A stretch of DNA of 64,000 nt from Balanoglossus misakiensis (lineage: Eukaryota > Animalia > Hemichordata), in assembly GCA_040954595.2 (NCBI GenBank), contig CM082594.2, forward strand, positions 3,953,319-4,017,318, given 5' to 3'. Below are positions 61,738 to 64,000 of this stretch, piece by piece. The translations under genes and the position numbers were made by a program. Position 1 is the first letter of the stretch, and every line of letters starts with the position of its first letter. The notes below the pieces were generated by a model that ran no database searches, was not told where the DNA came from, and saw only the letters and a list, made by a program, of their open reading frames with translations.

Positions 61738-64000
61738 TGCTAAATCCCCACCAACACACACTCCTACAGGATGCCAAAAAGAACAAATAGTTTTTTTAAA
61801 AAATTTAACAAATCGTAAATTTACCAAGTGTTCACTGTTGTGAAAGGTGATATATTGGCTGGAATCACATGTTTTAATGATTTATTAAATGTCTTTGTGA
61901 ACACTGACAGTTTGTGGGTGAGATAAAAATAATTCCTGTGCTTCCTTCATTTCAGGCAGTGACTGAATATTCCAACATGATGTCAAGACTATTATTAGCA
62001 ACACTTTCATGTTTTATTTGTTAACCTCGTATGTATAATTGAACTTTAATACGACATTATGATGATTTAATCAAGATCAAAATGTCTCCATACAAAAATA
62101 CATAAAGTTATTTATTTTATGGGAAAGAAAAACTTCAGCGCACAGTGATGTTTGAGACAAAAATAAATATAACTGCAGAATTTTTTGTTTAACTTACACT
62201 GTTACAGGTGGCAAAACTAAAAGTATAGAAAAATACAAGTAGCATGTCAATACATCATATTTGTGCAAATATCACCGATTCATTTTGATGGATCTAGTAC
62301 TGTGTTCATAGCAGGAAAATATTTGCTGACAGTCGGTTATTTTTGCTGGCTGCTGGCTATTTTTTACATGATGTACATCCCGGCCTGATAACCGAATCAG
62401 CCCCTATTAAAATAGGTTATGAGAACTGTACTGAGATACTTTCATTTCATGAAACAGGACAGTTTCTAAAGAAAAAAACTTCTGTGTTTCATTACACACA
62501 AACGTTCTATTTTATTTTTCCCCGAATTTTTTCAGTAAAAACACATCAACATCATTTAGGTAAAATTTTCCTGGTATCATGTTTGCTTTGGACACATATA
62601 TGATTTCATTTCAATTTTGAATTTTATGCATCCATACAATGCTTGGACTAAATCGTTAGGGCTTGACACTGATTGATGGATTAATTAGTTAGATTAAAAG
62701 GTCAGCTTTCACTTGCTTAATTGGCAAAAGTCATCTTTTCTACTTAAAGTATGCACCCATGCACCGAATGAACTGACATCTTGTATACACAGAAAAATGT
62801 TTAAATGAGTTTGCTTGTTATGTATGTACGTGTATTTCATTTGTAAATACGTGGAAAAACGGAAACTGAACACACTTTTAAATAAATTTAGGTGGAACGG
62901 TTGTTTCAAAAGAAGCGTGGTGTTTGCACAATGCACAGAACTTCACAGAACCGATTAAAAACTGAAACAGAAAGAGGCAATGATTGCCAGTATGCCGGTG
63001 CAGTGCAGTGAACCAAATGTTCCTGAAACTAACATGATCTAAACACAGTAGTGCCATGGTATAATCAGCTATTATACTCAATACATATCCGAATCTCAAG
63101 ATTACAGATGAATAAGAAAACAAAACAAGCAAATCTTTGCATACCGTCAACATTATTTAGGTTTTTTAATGATTTTGAATCAAGAGCACAACGTCATGAG
63201 TGACGCAGCAATGTTAATTACTTGGGGCTTTTCTCTGACCTTGACCCAGCACTTACAAATCCTATGTACACTACTGTTGACAAAATTGCTTCCATTCTTG
63301 CTTGGCATGAAAAACGTTGCTATTTCCGGCTGTTTCGGGTAAAACTGAAGGTAGCCAGTAAAGAGCTTGAATGACCTGAGGGTTGTTTGTTTATTTTTAC
63401 ACTCAGGTCAGGTTCACTTTGTGTAGATGGCTTTTTTGTCAACAGACATAAAAAACAGGCTTTATTTATTGCCACTATTGTACAAAACCGACAAAAAAGA
63501 CATGCCAATTTTCATCAAAAATGGGGGAAATGCTGAAAAACAAGAAAGTACATTTTGAAATGGACAATAGAAACAGGGAAAACGCATCACAGTACTGACG
63601 ACAGCACAAGTCCCAACTGCAAACCTATTTTAAACCACGGTGCCATGCATTAATCATTGACACATCTGTCACTGTATTTTAATACTCTCACCATGAATTT
63701 ATAACCTTGTTCAAATTGAAATACTGGCCATAGCTGCAGTACAAACTCCATACTGTCCCCAGTCTTTTGCTGTTTCTGACTTTTTCAGAACAAAAACCTG
63801 ATGGACTATTTTTTCAATATATACACTGTAAGCATGCGTATGCAGATGGAGGTAAATATTTGTGGTACGACTGACTGTATGGCTGACTGACGCACAGTCT
63901 GGTTTCTGTGACAAATGTTGGGATTCAACACATACATCATTCATCCAATTCTGCTTCAATTTTAAAATCAACAGCAAAGTTAATGAATTTCATTGTACAT

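Overview
This is intron-rich animal genomic DNA; gene content and repeats suggest an invertebrate deuterostome, possibly a hemichordate (species is a guess). I reconstructed six protein-coding genes by hand from splice signals and reading frame: the 3' part of a SEA-EGF-TM mucin-like gene (+), an ANKRD63/ANKRD34-like ankyrin gene (-), SAFB/SLTM (-), a short ALG13 (-) head-to-head with NTAQ1/WDYHV1 (+), and RNF111/Arkadia (-). Several non-autonomous DNA transposons with TIRs and TSDs sit mostly in introns (Kolobok-like, hAT, hAT5-like, Chapaev-like, and others). The most striking unexplained signal is four tandem paralogous pre-miRNA-like hairpins (48582-49167) with compensatory base changes, just downstream of NTAQ1. 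Other leads are multi-branched structured elements (10745-10951, 26031-26184, 32024-32225), an unannotated SAFB terminal exon, a GC-AG intron splitting the WDYHV motif, an RFX X-box cluster, and SAFB/SLTM-RNF111 linkage as in human 15q22. All pairings and coordinates were read by eye; no searches or folding programs were run.
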